Below, piece by piece: positions 26,032-36,258 of a stretch of 64,000 bases of DNA. The position numbers were made by a program, and so were the translations under genes. Below the pieces are notes generated by a model. It was not told the origin of the DNA, searched no databases, and was given only the letters and a program-made list of their open reading frames with translations. The DNA lies in the NCBI GenBank assembly GCA_016867315.1, contig VGJV01000004.1, forward strand, positions 37,431-101,430, given 5' to 3'. The DNA comes from Candidatus Liptonbacteria bacterium. GTDB taxonomy: Bacteria; Patescibacteriota; Minisyncoccia; UBA6257; 2-01-FULL-56-20. How positions within the stretch are numbered: position 1 is the stretch's first letter; each line of letters opens with the position of its first letter.

Positions 26032-28733
26032 CTATTTCGTAGCTTCGTAGATGGGAAAAGAAGTTATGCGAGGGCGATGCCATGCCCTGACGATCAATTT
26101 GCGGAGTTCTTCGATGACGAGGATGGACGAGGCGAACAAAGTGACGACGAGCCAATCGCGAGCGGAAAGGGGTACGGTGTGAAGGAAGCTTTGGAAAAAG
26201 GGATGATACAAAGCGAGCATTTGAAGGATAATTACGATTCCCGTAGCGCCAATGAGAAATTTATTTTTAGCAAATTCCGGCGTGAATATGGATTTAATTT
26301 CACTTTTGCAATTCCAGGCGTTAAACCACTGAAATACGGCGAGTACGGTAAGCGCCATTGTAAAAGCTTTAGTAGGGTCTGTAGGAAGGTAATCCATGAA
26401 GGCGAAAAGCGTTCCCACGCCGATGATGGTCCCCATATAGATCGTGCCGAGAAGAAGGGGAGCGTCCACCACATAACGCCGGGGTTTGTCTAAAGCATTC
26501 GTGAGCAAATTCGATTCCTTGGGTTCCATGGCCAGTGCCACGACTAAAAATCCATCAGTAATGAAGTTAAGCCAAATGATCTGAGCCGGAGTCATGGGAA
26601 GTGGAAGGCCGAAGATTATTGCGCCTACGATCACGAGTACTTCTCCTAGGCTCGTCGAGAAAAGGTAAAGAATTACTTTTTTGATTGTCTTATAAATACT
26701 CCTGCCTTCCTCTGCCGCCGCGATGATATTTTCGAATCGATCATCGAGGAGTACTACGTCTGCAGCCTCTTTGGCGACTTCTGTCCCGATTGTTCCCATG
26801 GCGACTCCGAGGTCCGCCGCGGCGAGCGAAGGAGCGTCATTTACCCCGTCCCCGGTCATTGCGACGACCTCCCCGCGCTTTCGGAATAACTCGATAATCC
26901 GCAATTTGTGATGAGGAGAAACTCGGGCGAATACCCGCACGGAATGAAGCCGTGGGAGAAGCTCGGTATCACTCAAGGTGTCGAGCTCTTCTCCGGTCAT
27001 AACCCCGTCTTCGTGCTCTGCGATTCCGGCTTCTTTAGCGATCGCATGGGCAGTGAGCTTGTGATCTCCAGTGATCATCACGACGCGTATCCCTGCGCGG
27101 GCAGCAGTGGCGACCGCGTCCCGGACCCCTTCTCGAAGCGGATCTTTCATCGCAAAAAATCCTCCGAGCGTCAGTGGGGGAAGGGTTGCTAAGGTGGTAT
27201 CGGCATCTGCCTGCGGATTAAAAGCGAACCCCAAGACGCGAAATCCCTCGCGGGATAGCTTGGAGAATTCCGATTCTAGCTCCAGCCGGCGGGATTTATT
27301 GAGGGGGATAGCCCGCCCGTTCTGCCAAAGCTTATGAGAGAAATGTAATATGGATTCAGGGGCTCCCACGGCAGTAAGAAAATTTTTTCTTCGGAAGCGA
27401 TGCATGGTGAGGTGGCACTTCGTACCGTGATCGAAAGGAATTTCTAAAATGCGGGGGATTCTTCTTCGCCGTCGCGGAACCCTACTTTCTCCGAAAAGAC
27501 TTGGAGTGCTGCTTCTGTGGGATCACCGGATACTTTCCAGGCCCCGGTATTTTCAATAAAGGTTGCCCGCGCATTCGCGCAGAAAGCCGCCACTCGGCCG
27601 GCGAGTACCAGTTCTTCGTGATCCAAGGGTTCTACGGTGGTATCGTTCAGTCGAATTTTCCCTTGCGGTTCGTAGCCGTTACCTTCGACGGTGAAGAGCT
27701 TCCCGTTCACGAATACTTTCTCGATGAGCATCTCGTTTCGCGTGAGCGTCCCGGTTTTATCTACGGCAAGTATCTTGGCTTGTCCTAACGATTCGACCGC
27801 CTGCAGTTTTTTCACGAGCACATTTTGTTTGGCCATGCGCCATACCCCCGTAGCGAGGATAAGGGTAAGCACCACCGGCAGTCCTTCGGGAATTATGGAG
27901 ACAGAAAGGGAGACGACAGTCGCGAAAAGTACGTGAAGCGGAAGTCCTCGGAGCAGTCCCACGATGAGGAGGAATATTCCAATTGCTGCCACTCCCCAAA
28001 TAATGAATCGGGAAAGAAGGGTAATGCTCGCCTTGAGGGGCATTTCGGTATCGATTGAGGCAATCTCCATAGAGATTTTTCCAATCTCAGTATTCAGCCC
28101 CGTAGTCACGACCATCGCCGTACCATTCCCGCGGACGATGTTCGTACCTTTGAATACGATATTCCGCTGATCGCCCAAAGGGAGAGATTGTTTAGAAATT
28201 CGATCGGCGATTTTGAGGACCGGCAATGATTCTCCCGTAAGGCTCGCTTCGTCGACGGTGAGGGAGAAGGCAGTGAGGAGTCGCGCATCCGCCGGAACTT
28301 TCTCTCCCTCGGAGAGCATGAGCACATCCCCGGGTACTACTTCCGCGTCCTTCACCACCAACGCCTTACCGTCACGGAGTACGGTGGCCGAGGTTTCCGC
28401 AAAGCGTTTAAGTGCCGCGAGTGCATTTTGAGCTTTCCCTTCTTGTACAGTGCCTATGAGGGCATTAAAAAGGAGTACCGCAAGAATCACGATCGCATCG
28501 CTTACTTCTCCTATGAAAAGTATGAGAATTGCAGCTCCTAAAAGAATATAAATAAGAGGGCTCGCGAACTGGGAAAGAAATATCGAAAAGATTCCCGGGA
28601 GCTTGGGTTCCGGCAAAGCATTCAGCCCATATTGCTGCTGGCGGTGAAGGGCTTCTTCTTCGGTAAGGCCCGCCTCCGTAGACCCCAATTTTTGAGTAAG
28701 TTCCTCGATGGTGAGAGTGTGCCAATGCTCCAT
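26032..28733 (-). pseudogene. P-type (type IIA-like) cation-transporting ATPase split into two ORFs by a frameshift at a G5/C5 run (27453-27457)
   Basis: ORF 27444..28733 has TGES and DKTGTLT motifs; ORF 26032..27405 has VGAPESIL (KGAPE), MITGDHKLTA, GDGVNDAPSL; the +1 frame upstream of 27405 reads RILEIPFDHGTK (the conserved EIPF motif), so one extra G at 27453-57 restores a single about 880-aa ORF. Confidence 0.75.
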
Positions 28734-28790
28734 GCCTCAATTGTAGAACAAGTGAAAAAAACCCTTGGGGAAAAGTGCTATAATATCTAC

Positions 28791-29258
28791 ATGTCTAACA
28801 TCTGGTGGTACATAATAGTGGGAGTGATCGCGATAGGAGTGGGATTGGGAATGGGAATGTTTTGGAATAATTCGGACCCGATCGATTATAATATAGCTAT
28901 GCAAAATCAAACACCTTCAGACTCGCAAGTGGGAGTAGGAATATTAGGGACTACGGATATTAAAGTTGGTAGTGGAGCAGAAGCAAAGGCGGGTAAACAA
29001 GTTTCGGTACATTACACCGGCACGCTTCAGGACGGCACGGTATTCGACAGCTCGAAGACGCGCGGCACGCCGTTTACCTTTACCTTAGGTGCAGGGCAGG
29101 TGATCGAGGGCTGGGACAAAGGCGTAGCGGGAATGAAAGTGGGAGGAGTGCGAAAACTGGTAATCCCGCCGCAAATGGCCTACGGTCCTAATCAAGTGGG
29201 TCCGATTCCGCCGAACTCCACGCTCAACTTCGAAGTAGAACTCCTCGAAGTGAAATAG
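28791..29258 (+). CDS. FKBP-type peptidyl-prolyl cis-trans isomerase with N-terminal membrane anchor
   Basis: VHYTGTLQDGTVFDSS...FTLGAGQVIEGWDKGVAGMKVGGVRKLVIPP...LNFEVELLEV; the ORF-track start 28632 would overlap the divergent ATPase gene, ATG at 28791 preferred. Confidence 0.8.
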   Translation: MSNIWWYIIVGVIAIGVGLGMGMFWNNSDPIDYNIAMQNQTPSDSQVGVGILGTTDIKVGSGAEAKAGKQVSVHYTGTLQDGTVFDSSKTRGTPFTFTLGAGQVIEGWDKGVAGMKVGGVRKLVIPPQMAYGPNQVGPIPPNSTLNFEVELLEVK

Positions 29259-29298
29259 GTTGATTGAAATAAGGGAATATAGAAATATTTTCTAGCTT

Positions 29299-29829
29299 CT
29301 AGCTTCTAGCTTCTAGATTCTGTCTTACATACCCGAATCGCTTGAGTTCACCTTCAATATCGGAATATTTTTTGCCGCAGAGCATTCCTCCGGCAATAAA
29401 TTTTTCCTGCGTCACGTCCGCGAGGCAAAACTCCGGCGGCGTAAAGCGCCCAATCTCCTTTTTGTTCTTAAACTCAAAGTCGGCAAGCACCAAACCCCGC
29501 AAACGGCCGCCGAACACGTCAATCTCCGCTGTCCGTTTGCCGACAGGATAGTAGTAGCGCATCTTGCGCACCTCCTTCCCCTTTGCTTCCGACAAGTTCT
29601 CAAACTCCGCACGGTCCAAGGGAATCGTCTCTTCGCGCTGCTCCGTCCAGCTGTCGGGGTGGACGCGCCGCTTCTTCGTTATTTCGTAGCGCTCCCCGTT
29701 TTTGCGCAAACGCAAAAACGGATGCCGCCGCGTATGCGGGAAATACACGTCCACAATTTTCTTGTGCGGACACCGTTTGAGCCCGCGCGGCAGATACTTC
29801 ACCAAATACGTCTTCTCCAACTCAATCAT
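29299..29829 (-). CDS. CYTH-domain protein (CyaB/thiamine-triphosphatase-like triphosphate tunnel metalloenzyme)
   Basis: MIELEKTYLV N-terminus (ExExK signature) and 176 aa size typical of CYTH. Confidence 0.6.
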   Translation of the reverse strand: MIELEKTYLVKYLPRGLKRCPHKKIVDVYFPHTRRHPFLRLRKNGERYEITKKRRVHPDSWTEQREETIPLDRAEFENLSEAKGKEVRKMRYYYPVGKRTAEIDVFGGRLRGLVLADFEFKNKKEIGRFTPPEFCLADVTQEKFIAGGMLCGKKYSDIEGELKRFGYVRQNLEARS

Positions 29830-29835
29830 AGATAA

Positions 29836-30390
29836 TTACGCATCACATATATACACAAACGCCGGCGGAATGTTGAGCGGTACAAACCGCACACGGACAG
29901 ACCGAAAGCGCTTCCGGAGCAACCGCAAGGATATCAAACTGTACTGATATTGCACATACACCCCATCCGGAGCGAGGACGCGTGTCACTTCCTCCACCAG
30001 CCGTTCCTGCTCGGCCGGAGTAAAATTGGCAAGCGGGATGCTTGAAATGATGCAGTCAAACCGCTCCGTACGGTGCGCCGCGAGCGCAAACACGGAGAGA
30101 TTGAGCACCCGCACACGCGGGTCGGTGAACCGTTTCCGGAGCTCACGACAAAAGACGGGGTTAACTTCAACGACGGTGACCGATGCATCCGGCCGCATCC
30201 GCCGCACAATCCCCTCCGTCATACAACCGAGGCCGGCGCCGAGTTCCAGAATCTTCCGCGCAGGAGCAAGCGACGGAACCGCGAGCATCGTGCGCACCAA
30301 AAACGGGGAACTCGGAATCACAGAACCCACTTCCCTGCGGTTGCGGAGAAATTGACGCACAAAAAGACATGTTTCGGAAAGAAACTTCAT
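29836..30390 (-). CDS. class I SAM-dependent methyltransferase
   Basis: ILELGAGLGCMTEGIV glycine-rich motif I and VVEVNP motif II. Confidence 0.6.
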   Translation of the reverse strand: MKFLSETCLFVRQFLRNRREVGSVIPSSPFLVRTMLAVPSLAPARKILELGAGLGCMTEGIVRRMRPDASVTVVEVNPVFCRELRKRFTDPRVRVLNLSVFALAAHRTERFDCIISSIPLANFTPAEQERLVEEVTRVLAPDGVYVQYQYSLISLRLLRKRFRSVRVRFVPLNIPPAFVYICDA

Positions 30391-30639
30391 GAAGGAAACT
30401 TACTGCAAATATTTTCTTCCTGCGAGCGGGTCCGGAAGAATCCGGATGTCGGCGTGAAGGCGTTTTCGGGAGTTATACTTTTGCTTACAAAGTAATGATA
30501 CTAAATAAAATGATTTATTTCAATTCAGAAAAGAAAAGCCCGCTTTTGGCCTTATCTGAATTCAAAACGGCTTGAATTTTCGGCAAAAAACGGCTGGCGA
30601 GCCCGCGCAGCGGGCGAGCCAATGACTTCATTTCCTAAC

Positions 30640-30729
30640 TGGCGGAGGGTGGAGGATTCGAACCTCCGAAAGGATTGCTCCTTTATCGCATTTCAAGTGC
30701 GACGCATTCGGCCACTCTGCCAACCCTCC
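30640..30729 (-). tRNA. tRNA-Ser(TGA)
   Basis: Minus-strand GGAGGGTTGGCAGAGTGGCCGAATGC-GTCGCA-CTTGAAA-TGCGAT-long variable arm-GGAGGTTCGAATCCTCC-ACCCTCC-G-CCA; class II tRNA, anticodon UGA, CCA encoded. Confidence 0.85.
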
Positions 30730-30903
30730 CTTGCCTCGCCGAAGTTATAACGAAGGCGGGCCTCGTCTCGCTCGCGTAGGCGGACTTGTCGCGATACTAG
30801 CACAAAAATAGCGAAAGCAGGAGGATGAGTCCTGAAAACATTCTCATATTCTTGCCTCGCCCGCCGAAGCTTTAACGAAGGAGGGAGAGTATGAGAATAT
30901 AAA

Positions 30904-31878
30904 TTGAAAACCAAAACTTTTCATTTCGAACGTGATACAATGTCCGGAATGGACGCCTTCTTTCCCTTATTACTCACGATCCTCGGCCTCTCGCTTTTTG
31001 AGATTGTCTCGAGTATCGACAACGCGGTTATTAACGCCGAAGTGTTGGGTACGATGTCGAAGCGGGGGAGGAGATGGTTTCTCCTTTGGGGATTTTTGTT
31101 TGCGGTGGTAATCGTCCGCGGGCTTCTCCCGTGGATTATTATTTGGGTGACGAGCCCCTCGCTTGGTCCCATCGGAGCGTTAACCGCCACCTTCTCGAAT
31201 GATCCAAAAGTTACCGAAGCCATAGAACACTCCGCCCCCATTCTCCTTGGAGGGGGAGGAATCTTCTTGGTATTTCTTTTTTTCCACTGGCTTTTTCTAG
31301 AACCCAAAAATTTTGGCCTCAAAGGGGAGCATTTCTTCTTTCGTAACAGCCTTTAGTTCTATGCGGTGGTCTCCGTGATTCTCACCGTGCTCGTCTGGTT
31401 TGCGATTAACCAAAATCCGTTGATGGCCTTCGGCATGGTAGTGGGCTCCACTGCCTTTTTCATTACGCACGGGTTTAAGCAAAATGCCGAATTAATGGAG
31501 GAAAAGCTCCTCCAAGGCCACGAGGGCGTGAAGTCAGACCTTTCGAAAATTCTCTATCTCGAAGTGATCGATGCTACATTTTCGATCGACGGCGTATTAG
31601 GAGCTTTTGCCTTCACCTTCTCCGTACCTCTCATTCTTTTAGGGAATGGCTTGGGTGCATTTGTGCTTCGGGAACTCACCATAAAAAACATTGAAACCGT
31701 AAAGAAATACAGATATTTGAAAAACGGCGCCATGTACGCGATCTTGGCTTTGGGACTCATCATGCTCGCCGATTCTTTCGGAATGCACTTGCCTCATTGG
31801 CTCTCTCCCGTGGCCACTTTCTTCATTATCGGCTACTTCTATTTCCGCTCCGTGCGCGAATTGAGGCAGTCCGCATAA
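30904..31878 (+). pseudogene. DUF475/TerC-like integral membrane protein interrupted by an in-frame TAG at 31357-31359
   Basis: ORFs 30904..31356 and 31366..31878 are in the same frame; both halves carry the duplicated EIVSSIDNAV / EVIDATFSIDGV motif of the two-repeat DUF475 family; joined length about 325 aa matches single-gene homologues. Confidence 0.5.
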
Positions 31879-31964
31879 GGAAAGGGAATGCTTAAAAGAA
31901 AAGGGAAAAAAATATACACAATTGCGTGTTCCCTCATTTGTTACACTGATAGTCAATAGCTCAC

Positions 31965-32234
31965 ATGAGCCGCTCACTGCGCACGGGGATAGTAGTGGGA
32001 GTAATTATAGTGGTACTCGTATTAGGCGTCGCCTATTACTCTGGATTTATGGGTGGCACAAGTTCCACCGCCGAAGACCAAGCGGCAAAAGCGGCAGCCG
32101 AGAAAGAAGTACTGGCAAATACCGCCGCGGAACAAGCCGCGAAAGAAGCCAATCCTTTTGAAACGACGGTAAATCCATTGGAGAAAGTCGCGGATCCGCT
32201 CCAAAAAACCAAAGAAGTACTTAATCCCTTCTGA
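31965..32234 (+). CDS. hypothetical small membrane-anchored protein
   Basis: 89 aa, one N-terminal TM helix then A/E/K-rich low-complexity region. Confidence 0.35.
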   Translation: MSRSLRTGIVVGVIIVVLVLGVAYYSGFMGGTSSTAEDQAAKAAAEKEVLANTAAEQAAKEANPFETTVNPLEKVADPLQKTKEVLNPF

Positions 32235-33289
32235 TGAAGCGCCTCCTTATTGCGGCAAGCTTTCTTTTCATAGTGAGCGTGACGTACGCTCAAACCCCTG
32301 CAACTCCCGCCGAAAACCTCCAAAAAGCTCTGGAGGAGGTGAGTATGCTGGTGGGGAAATCCATCACGTCTCCCGCGGAAGCGAAGATAGTTTGTAACGC
32401 AGAAAAATTTTTGAACGCGTGCGCCCAAATCGGTAAAAAGTACAGTCTTTATGCGCCTCAAGAGCTCAAAAAGGTAGACGTCCTCCTCGAAGAAATCAAA
32501 GGGAATGTCTCAAAAACTCTGGAGAGCTGCGTGACCGATGATTGCGTACTCAAAGTCGCCGAAGAACTTACCACGCGGGTAACAAAAAAGAACCCGAAGT
32601 TAGCTGAAGAGCTCGATCTCACGAAAAAGAAAGTAACGGAACAGAAGGAAATAGCAAAAGCTGCGAAAGAAGTGGGGGTGGATATGAAAGTGTGTAGGGA
32701 AATGGACCCCGATGCTGCGCCTGTTGACATGCTTCGTGCGTGTGCAAAATTGGCGAAGCACCCCAAGGTGCAGGTGGCGATCCCTGAAGAAGTAAAAAGG
32801 GGAGTGGCATCTATCGATAAAACGGTAGAGTTAAAAGAAGCCCTTGCGAGAGGCGCAATTCAATGCGGCGACAATACGATCGAAGGGTGTGGCACATTTT
32901 GTTTGAAGCCCGCCGCAGGTGCTCGAGCACAAGGAATTCCCGCGGTGTGCTATGAGATTGCCAAAACCTACTTCGGCGAAGAAGGAGTCCGTACGCTTGA
33001 AGAGGCCTATAAAGGAGTAGAGGAAGCTGTAGATCGTTGTCGCGCGAATCCGGAGCAATGCGCAAAAGAAATTCAGCCGGAACCTAAAGTACCGGTGATA
33101 GTTCCTCTCCCTGAATCTCCCAAGACACCGAAGCTACCCGAACCTAAAGAGCCAGTAGCGTGTCCTACAGTAATGCCGCGCACCGCCCCTTGTCTTCCTG
33201 GCCAGACGCTCAAAAAGGAAGTGCTGCCGAACGGGTGTATCTCGGTGGGAACTTGTGAAGGCTCAATTCCCAGTGAAAATCGGGGGTAA
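32234..33289 (+). CDS. secreted cysteine-rich protein (signal peptide)
   Basis: MKRLLIAASFLFIVSVTYAQT signal peptide; 16 Cys; C-terminal CPTVMPRTAPCLPGQTLKKEV motif shared with the following gene. Confidence 0.5.
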   Translation: MKRLLIAASFLFIVSVTYAQTPATPAENLQKALEEVSMLVGKSITSPAEAKIVCNAEKFLNACAQIGKKYSLYAPQELKKVDVLLEEIKGNVSKTLESCVTDDCVLKVAEELTTRVTKKNPKLAEELDLTKKKVTEQKEIAKAAKEVGVDMKVCREMDPDAAPVDMLRACAKLAKHPKVQVAIPEEVKRGVASIDKTVELKEALARGAIQCGDNTIEGCGTFCLKPAAGARAQGIPAVCYEIAKTYFGEEGVRTLEEAYKGVEEAVDRCRANPEQCAKEIQPEPKVPVIVPLPESPKTPKLPEPKEPVACPTVMPRTAPCLPGQTLKKEVLPNGCISVGTCEGSIPSENRG

Positions 33290-35579
33290 GTCTTTCGCGG
33301 GATTGTCCGAAGCCATAGAAGGATGCAAAGTCATATTTAAAGGATCGACACTCGCTAATGCCGAGATCACGGAGACCGACCGGTACTGGTGTGGAGATAT
33401 AGTGAGTGTTTCTGCGCGTGGGACGCCCATCTCACAACCCAAGCCTCCGACGGTGTGTCCCGCGTTGCCCACTGTAGAGTCGTGTCCCGCAGGACAGAAA
33501 AAGGAGGTATCGTACAGCTCCCCCGAATGCGGTGAGTACTATACCTGCGTAGCCGAAAAGCCGCTTCCTACCCCCACCTCTACAAAACCGAGAGTATGCC
33601 CGGCATTGCCCACCGTAACCTCCTGTCCCGCGGGTACCACGAAAGTCCTTTCGTACAGTTCTCCGGAATGCGGCGAATATTACCGCTGTGTCTCCGATAC
33701 AGAGCCGGTGAGAGCTACAACTACCGCAAGCTCTACATGGGACAAGCCTCCAGCGGGGCAAAAGGAACAAATTTGGAACTCGCTGGGGCTCCGTTCCTGG
33801 ATACGCGTGGATGCGGACGTGAAACGCATCGAAGAAGTGAAACAATATTGTGCAAATGTGACTTCGAATTCCAACGTGTGGCTGCCGAAGGCGGGGGAAT
33901 ATGCAAGCGCAGACTTCGGCATGCCGGATCTCGCGAAATGTAAGCAAGCCAGTGCCTGTAAATCCAGTGAATACTGGAATGGCAGTTCCTGCGCCGCCGG
34001 GTGGGATTCACCCGGAACTACTTCTTCTACGTGGAATTCTTCGAGTACCTGGAACACTGAGTGCGAGCGAGCTGGGGGCACATGGGAAAAAGCAATGGGG
34101 TATTGTCGTATGCCGAACGCCTCTAGTACGAGAGCGATGGAAAAGCCCAGTGCGCCCGTGGAACTTTCCGCTACTGTAGCCGGCTCGGGAGTGACGCTTC
34201 AGTGGAATGATACCGGGACTTCTGAGGCCGAATTTAAAGTATGGCGGCGGGTGAAAGGAGGAGAGTGGATTTCTCATGACGCATTTCCCTCTCCCAAAAG
34301 TATGGCAACAGGAACCGTCTACTACAGCGATTCTAATGTGACAGCGGACTTTGTAGATTACAAAGTGCAGGCCTGCAATTATGGTGGATGTTCTGCCGAA
34401 TCGAATACCGTTTCGATAACGTTAGCGATAGGTGGGGGAGGTCTCGTGTGTCCTCCTGTAGTCGGTGCACTTTTAGGAAACGGCTGTCACGGAGTGGGAG
34501 ATGCCTGGTTTGACGGATATTCAGTGAACTACGTAATAGGGACAAGTACTCAAATTAAAAATTGTAATAGTACGTATGTAGCAGGTTGTGCCGCAGTCGC
34601 GACGAAAACGTATGATACGTCGCAGTCATGCCCGCCGGGACAATATTGGAGCGGCACCTCTTGTGCAGTTTCCTCCTCCTCTTCTTCCACGATGAGCACG
34701 CAAGGCGGTGTGTATACTCCTGCCGCGGGGCAAAAAGAGCAGGTTTGGAATTCTGCGGGCTTTCGCTCGTGGATTAGAGCCGACGCCGACCCCGCTCGTA
34801 TTGAGCAGGTGAGGGCTGCGTGTGCGAGCACTCCCATGAGTGCAAATGTGTGGTCATCCACTGCGGGGAATGCTTCAAGTTCAGACTTCGGGATGCCCGA
34901 TCCCGCAAAGTGTACGGCAGCGGCAAATTGCGGCTCGGGAGCCTACTTCAATGGCACGGGGTGTACCTCTTACACCACCCCCACCTATACCGGGGGAAGT
35001 ACGTATACGGGAACTAGTAGTTCGACCGCCGGGTTTAACACCCAATCCGGGTGTGCCGCGGCGGGAGGCACGTGGAGCGGCACAAATTGTTCTTGTCCGT
35101 CGGGAATGGCCTATAATGGTACTTCTTGCGCGGCGGGCACCTGGAGTTCGGGCAGTACGAATTACAGCTCGATGCAAAGCGGTTGTGCCACAGCGGGGGG
35201 TACCTGGAATAGCGCGTCCAATTATTGCCAAATGCCGGGAAGTAGTTCTTTGAGCTATTATTCGGGCTCAAACACGTATGACTACTCAAGCATGCAGGCA
35301 GGGTGTACATCTGCCGGTGGTACCTGGACGGGCACCTACTGCAACATGCCTTCGAGCGGAAATTGGAGTTCCGGCAGTATGAACAGTTTCAATACGGAAT
35401 CCGGCTGCGCTTCTGCCGGGGGCACGTGGAGCGGCACCTATTGCTCGTGTCCTTCGGGTAAGTGGTACAACGGCACCTCGTGCGTGACTTCGGCGGCGCC
35501 TAAGAAATCTTTCTTGGCAAATATTGGCGACAATCTCGATGGCTTCAGGCAGTTCGTGTGGAACCTCTTCGGGAGATAG
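33255..35579 (+). CDS. large secreted cysteine/Ser/Thr-rich surface protein with internal repeats and an FN3-like module
   Basis: 774 aa; duplicated CPALPTV(E/T)SCPAG...YSSPECGEYY units, duplicated AGQKEQ(I/V)WNS(L/A)G(L/F)RSWIR(V/A)DAD...FGMPD units, 5x SGC(A)xAGGTW(S/T)GTxC C-terminal repeats; GTG start overlaps previous gene. Confidence 0.55.
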   Translation: MKAQFPVKIGGKSFAGLSEAIEGCKVIFKGSTLANAEITETDRYWCGDIVSVSARGTPISQPKPPTVCPALPTVESCPAGQKKEVSYSSPECGEYYTCVAEKPLPTPTSTKPRVCPALPTVTSCPAGTTKVLSYSSPECGEYYRCVSDTEPVRATTTASSTWDKPPAGQKEQIWNSLGLRSWIRVDADVKRIEEVKQYCANVTSNSNVWLPKAGEYASADFGMPDLAKCKQASACKSSEYWNGSSCAAGWDSPGTTSSTWNSSSTWNTECERAGGTWEKAMGYCRMPNASSTRAMEKPSAPVELSATVAGSGVTLQWNDTGTSEAEFKVWRRVKGGEWISHDAFPSPKSMATGTVYYSDSNVTADFVDYKVQACNYGGCSAESNTVSITLAIGGGGLVCPPVVGALLGNGCHGVGDAWFDGYSVNYVIGTSTQIKNCNSTYVAGCAAVATKTYDTSQSCPPGQYWSGTSCAVSSSSSSTMSTQGGVYTPAAGQKEQVWNSAGFRSWIRADADPARIEQVRAACASTPMSANVWSSTAGNASSSDFGMPDPAKCTAAANCGSGAYFNGTGCTSYTTPTYTGGSTYTGTSSSTAGFNTQSGCAAAGGTWSGTNCSCPSGMAYNGTSCAAGTWSSGSTNYSSMQSGCATAGGTWNSASNYCQMPGSSSLSYYSGSNTYDYSSMQAGCTSAGGTWTGTYCNMPSSGNWSSGSMNSFNTESGCASAGGTWSGTYCSCPSGKWYNGTSCVTSAAPKKSFLANIGDNLDGFRQFVWNLFGR

Positions 35580-35669
35580 CCTTGTGTAGAGCTCTCGCTC
35601 GAGCGGAATGAATATGATATATTCATTCCGCTCCTTATTTGTTTGCTATACTCACTCTGCTCCTCGTTA

Positions 35670-35740
35670 GGGCCTATAGTTTAGTGGTAAAACACCTCAT
35701 TTGCAATGAGGAGATGGCAGTTCGATTCTGCCTAGGTCCA
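35670..35740 (+). tRNA. tRNA-Ala(TGC)
   Basis: GGGCCTA-TA-GTTTAGTGGTAAAAC-A-CCTCA-TTTGCAA-TGAGG-...-GGCAGTTCGATTCTGCC-TAGGTCC-A; anticodon UGC, G3:U70 alanine identity pair; no CCA encoded. Confidence 0.85.
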
Positions 35741-35806
35741 CATACCACAATACTCATCCGACAACGCCACAGATTATTTAACTTAAAAGTGCCGAAGGGC
35801 ATTAAG

Positions 35807-36238
35807 ATGGCCTACATTTGGGGTAAGGGCATCGGGGTACTTGCCGATAAGAATTTTAAGAGCGGCGAAACGGCGATCCATTTCCGCGCCGACACGGTCC
35901 CGAATTCCAAAGCGAGTCCCGAAGCGGTGCGTATCGATGAAAAGTGGAGCTACGACACCAAGTGGCTCACTGCCGAAGCTTTTATGAATCACAGCTGTGA
36001 TCCGAATACGAAATTGGATGTGGCGAAGAAAAGCTACGTGGCGATTAAGCCAATCAAGAAGAATGAGGAACTTACCTTCAACTACAACACGACTGAATGG
36101 GAATCGAGCGGGTTCGAATGTGCGTGCGGATCTAAGAAGTGTTACGGAGCGGTGAAAGGGCTAAAGCATCTCTCCCGAAAGAGACAAGAGGAGTTAAAAC
36201 CGTATCTCTTGCCCTTCTTGCGCAAGAAACTGAAGTAA
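35807..36238 (+). CDS. SET-domain protein (putative protein-lysine methyltransferase)
   Basis: NHSCDPN and EELTFNY motifs plus C-terminal Cys cluster CACGSKKC (post-SET); ORF-track start 35639 runs through the tRNA and is rejected, ATG at 35807. Confidence 0.7.
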   Translation: MAYIWGKGIGVLADKNFKSGETAIHFRADTVPNSKASPEAVRIDEKWSYDTKWLTAEAFMNHSCDPNTKLDVAKKSYVAIKPIKKNEELTFNYNTTEWESSGFECACGSKKCYGAVKGLKHLSRKRQEELKPYLLPFLRKKLK

Positions 36239-36258
36239 TAAATAATTCAATTAAATCT

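Noticed and set aside
26032-28733. Two separate P-type ATPase genes
   Set aside because: The N-fragment carries only the A/P-domain N-terminal motifs (TGES, DKTGT) and the C-fragment only KGAPE/TGD/GDGVNDAP. The EIPF motif appears in the +1 frame across a G5 run. It is one gene with a frameshift.
30904-31878. Two independent TerC-like genes
   Set aside because: The two ORFs are in the same frame, separated by a single TAG. Each carries one of the two internal repeats of DUF475, and homologues are single about 320-aa proteins. It is interpreted as one interrupted gene.
35670-35740. tRNA-Cys(GCA) assignment for the tRNA at 35670
   Set aside because: Placing the 7-nt anticodon loop TTTGCAA correctly gives anticodon UGC (positions 34-36), and the acceptor stem has the G3:U70 alanine identity pair. 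It is therefore called tRNA-Ala(TGC).
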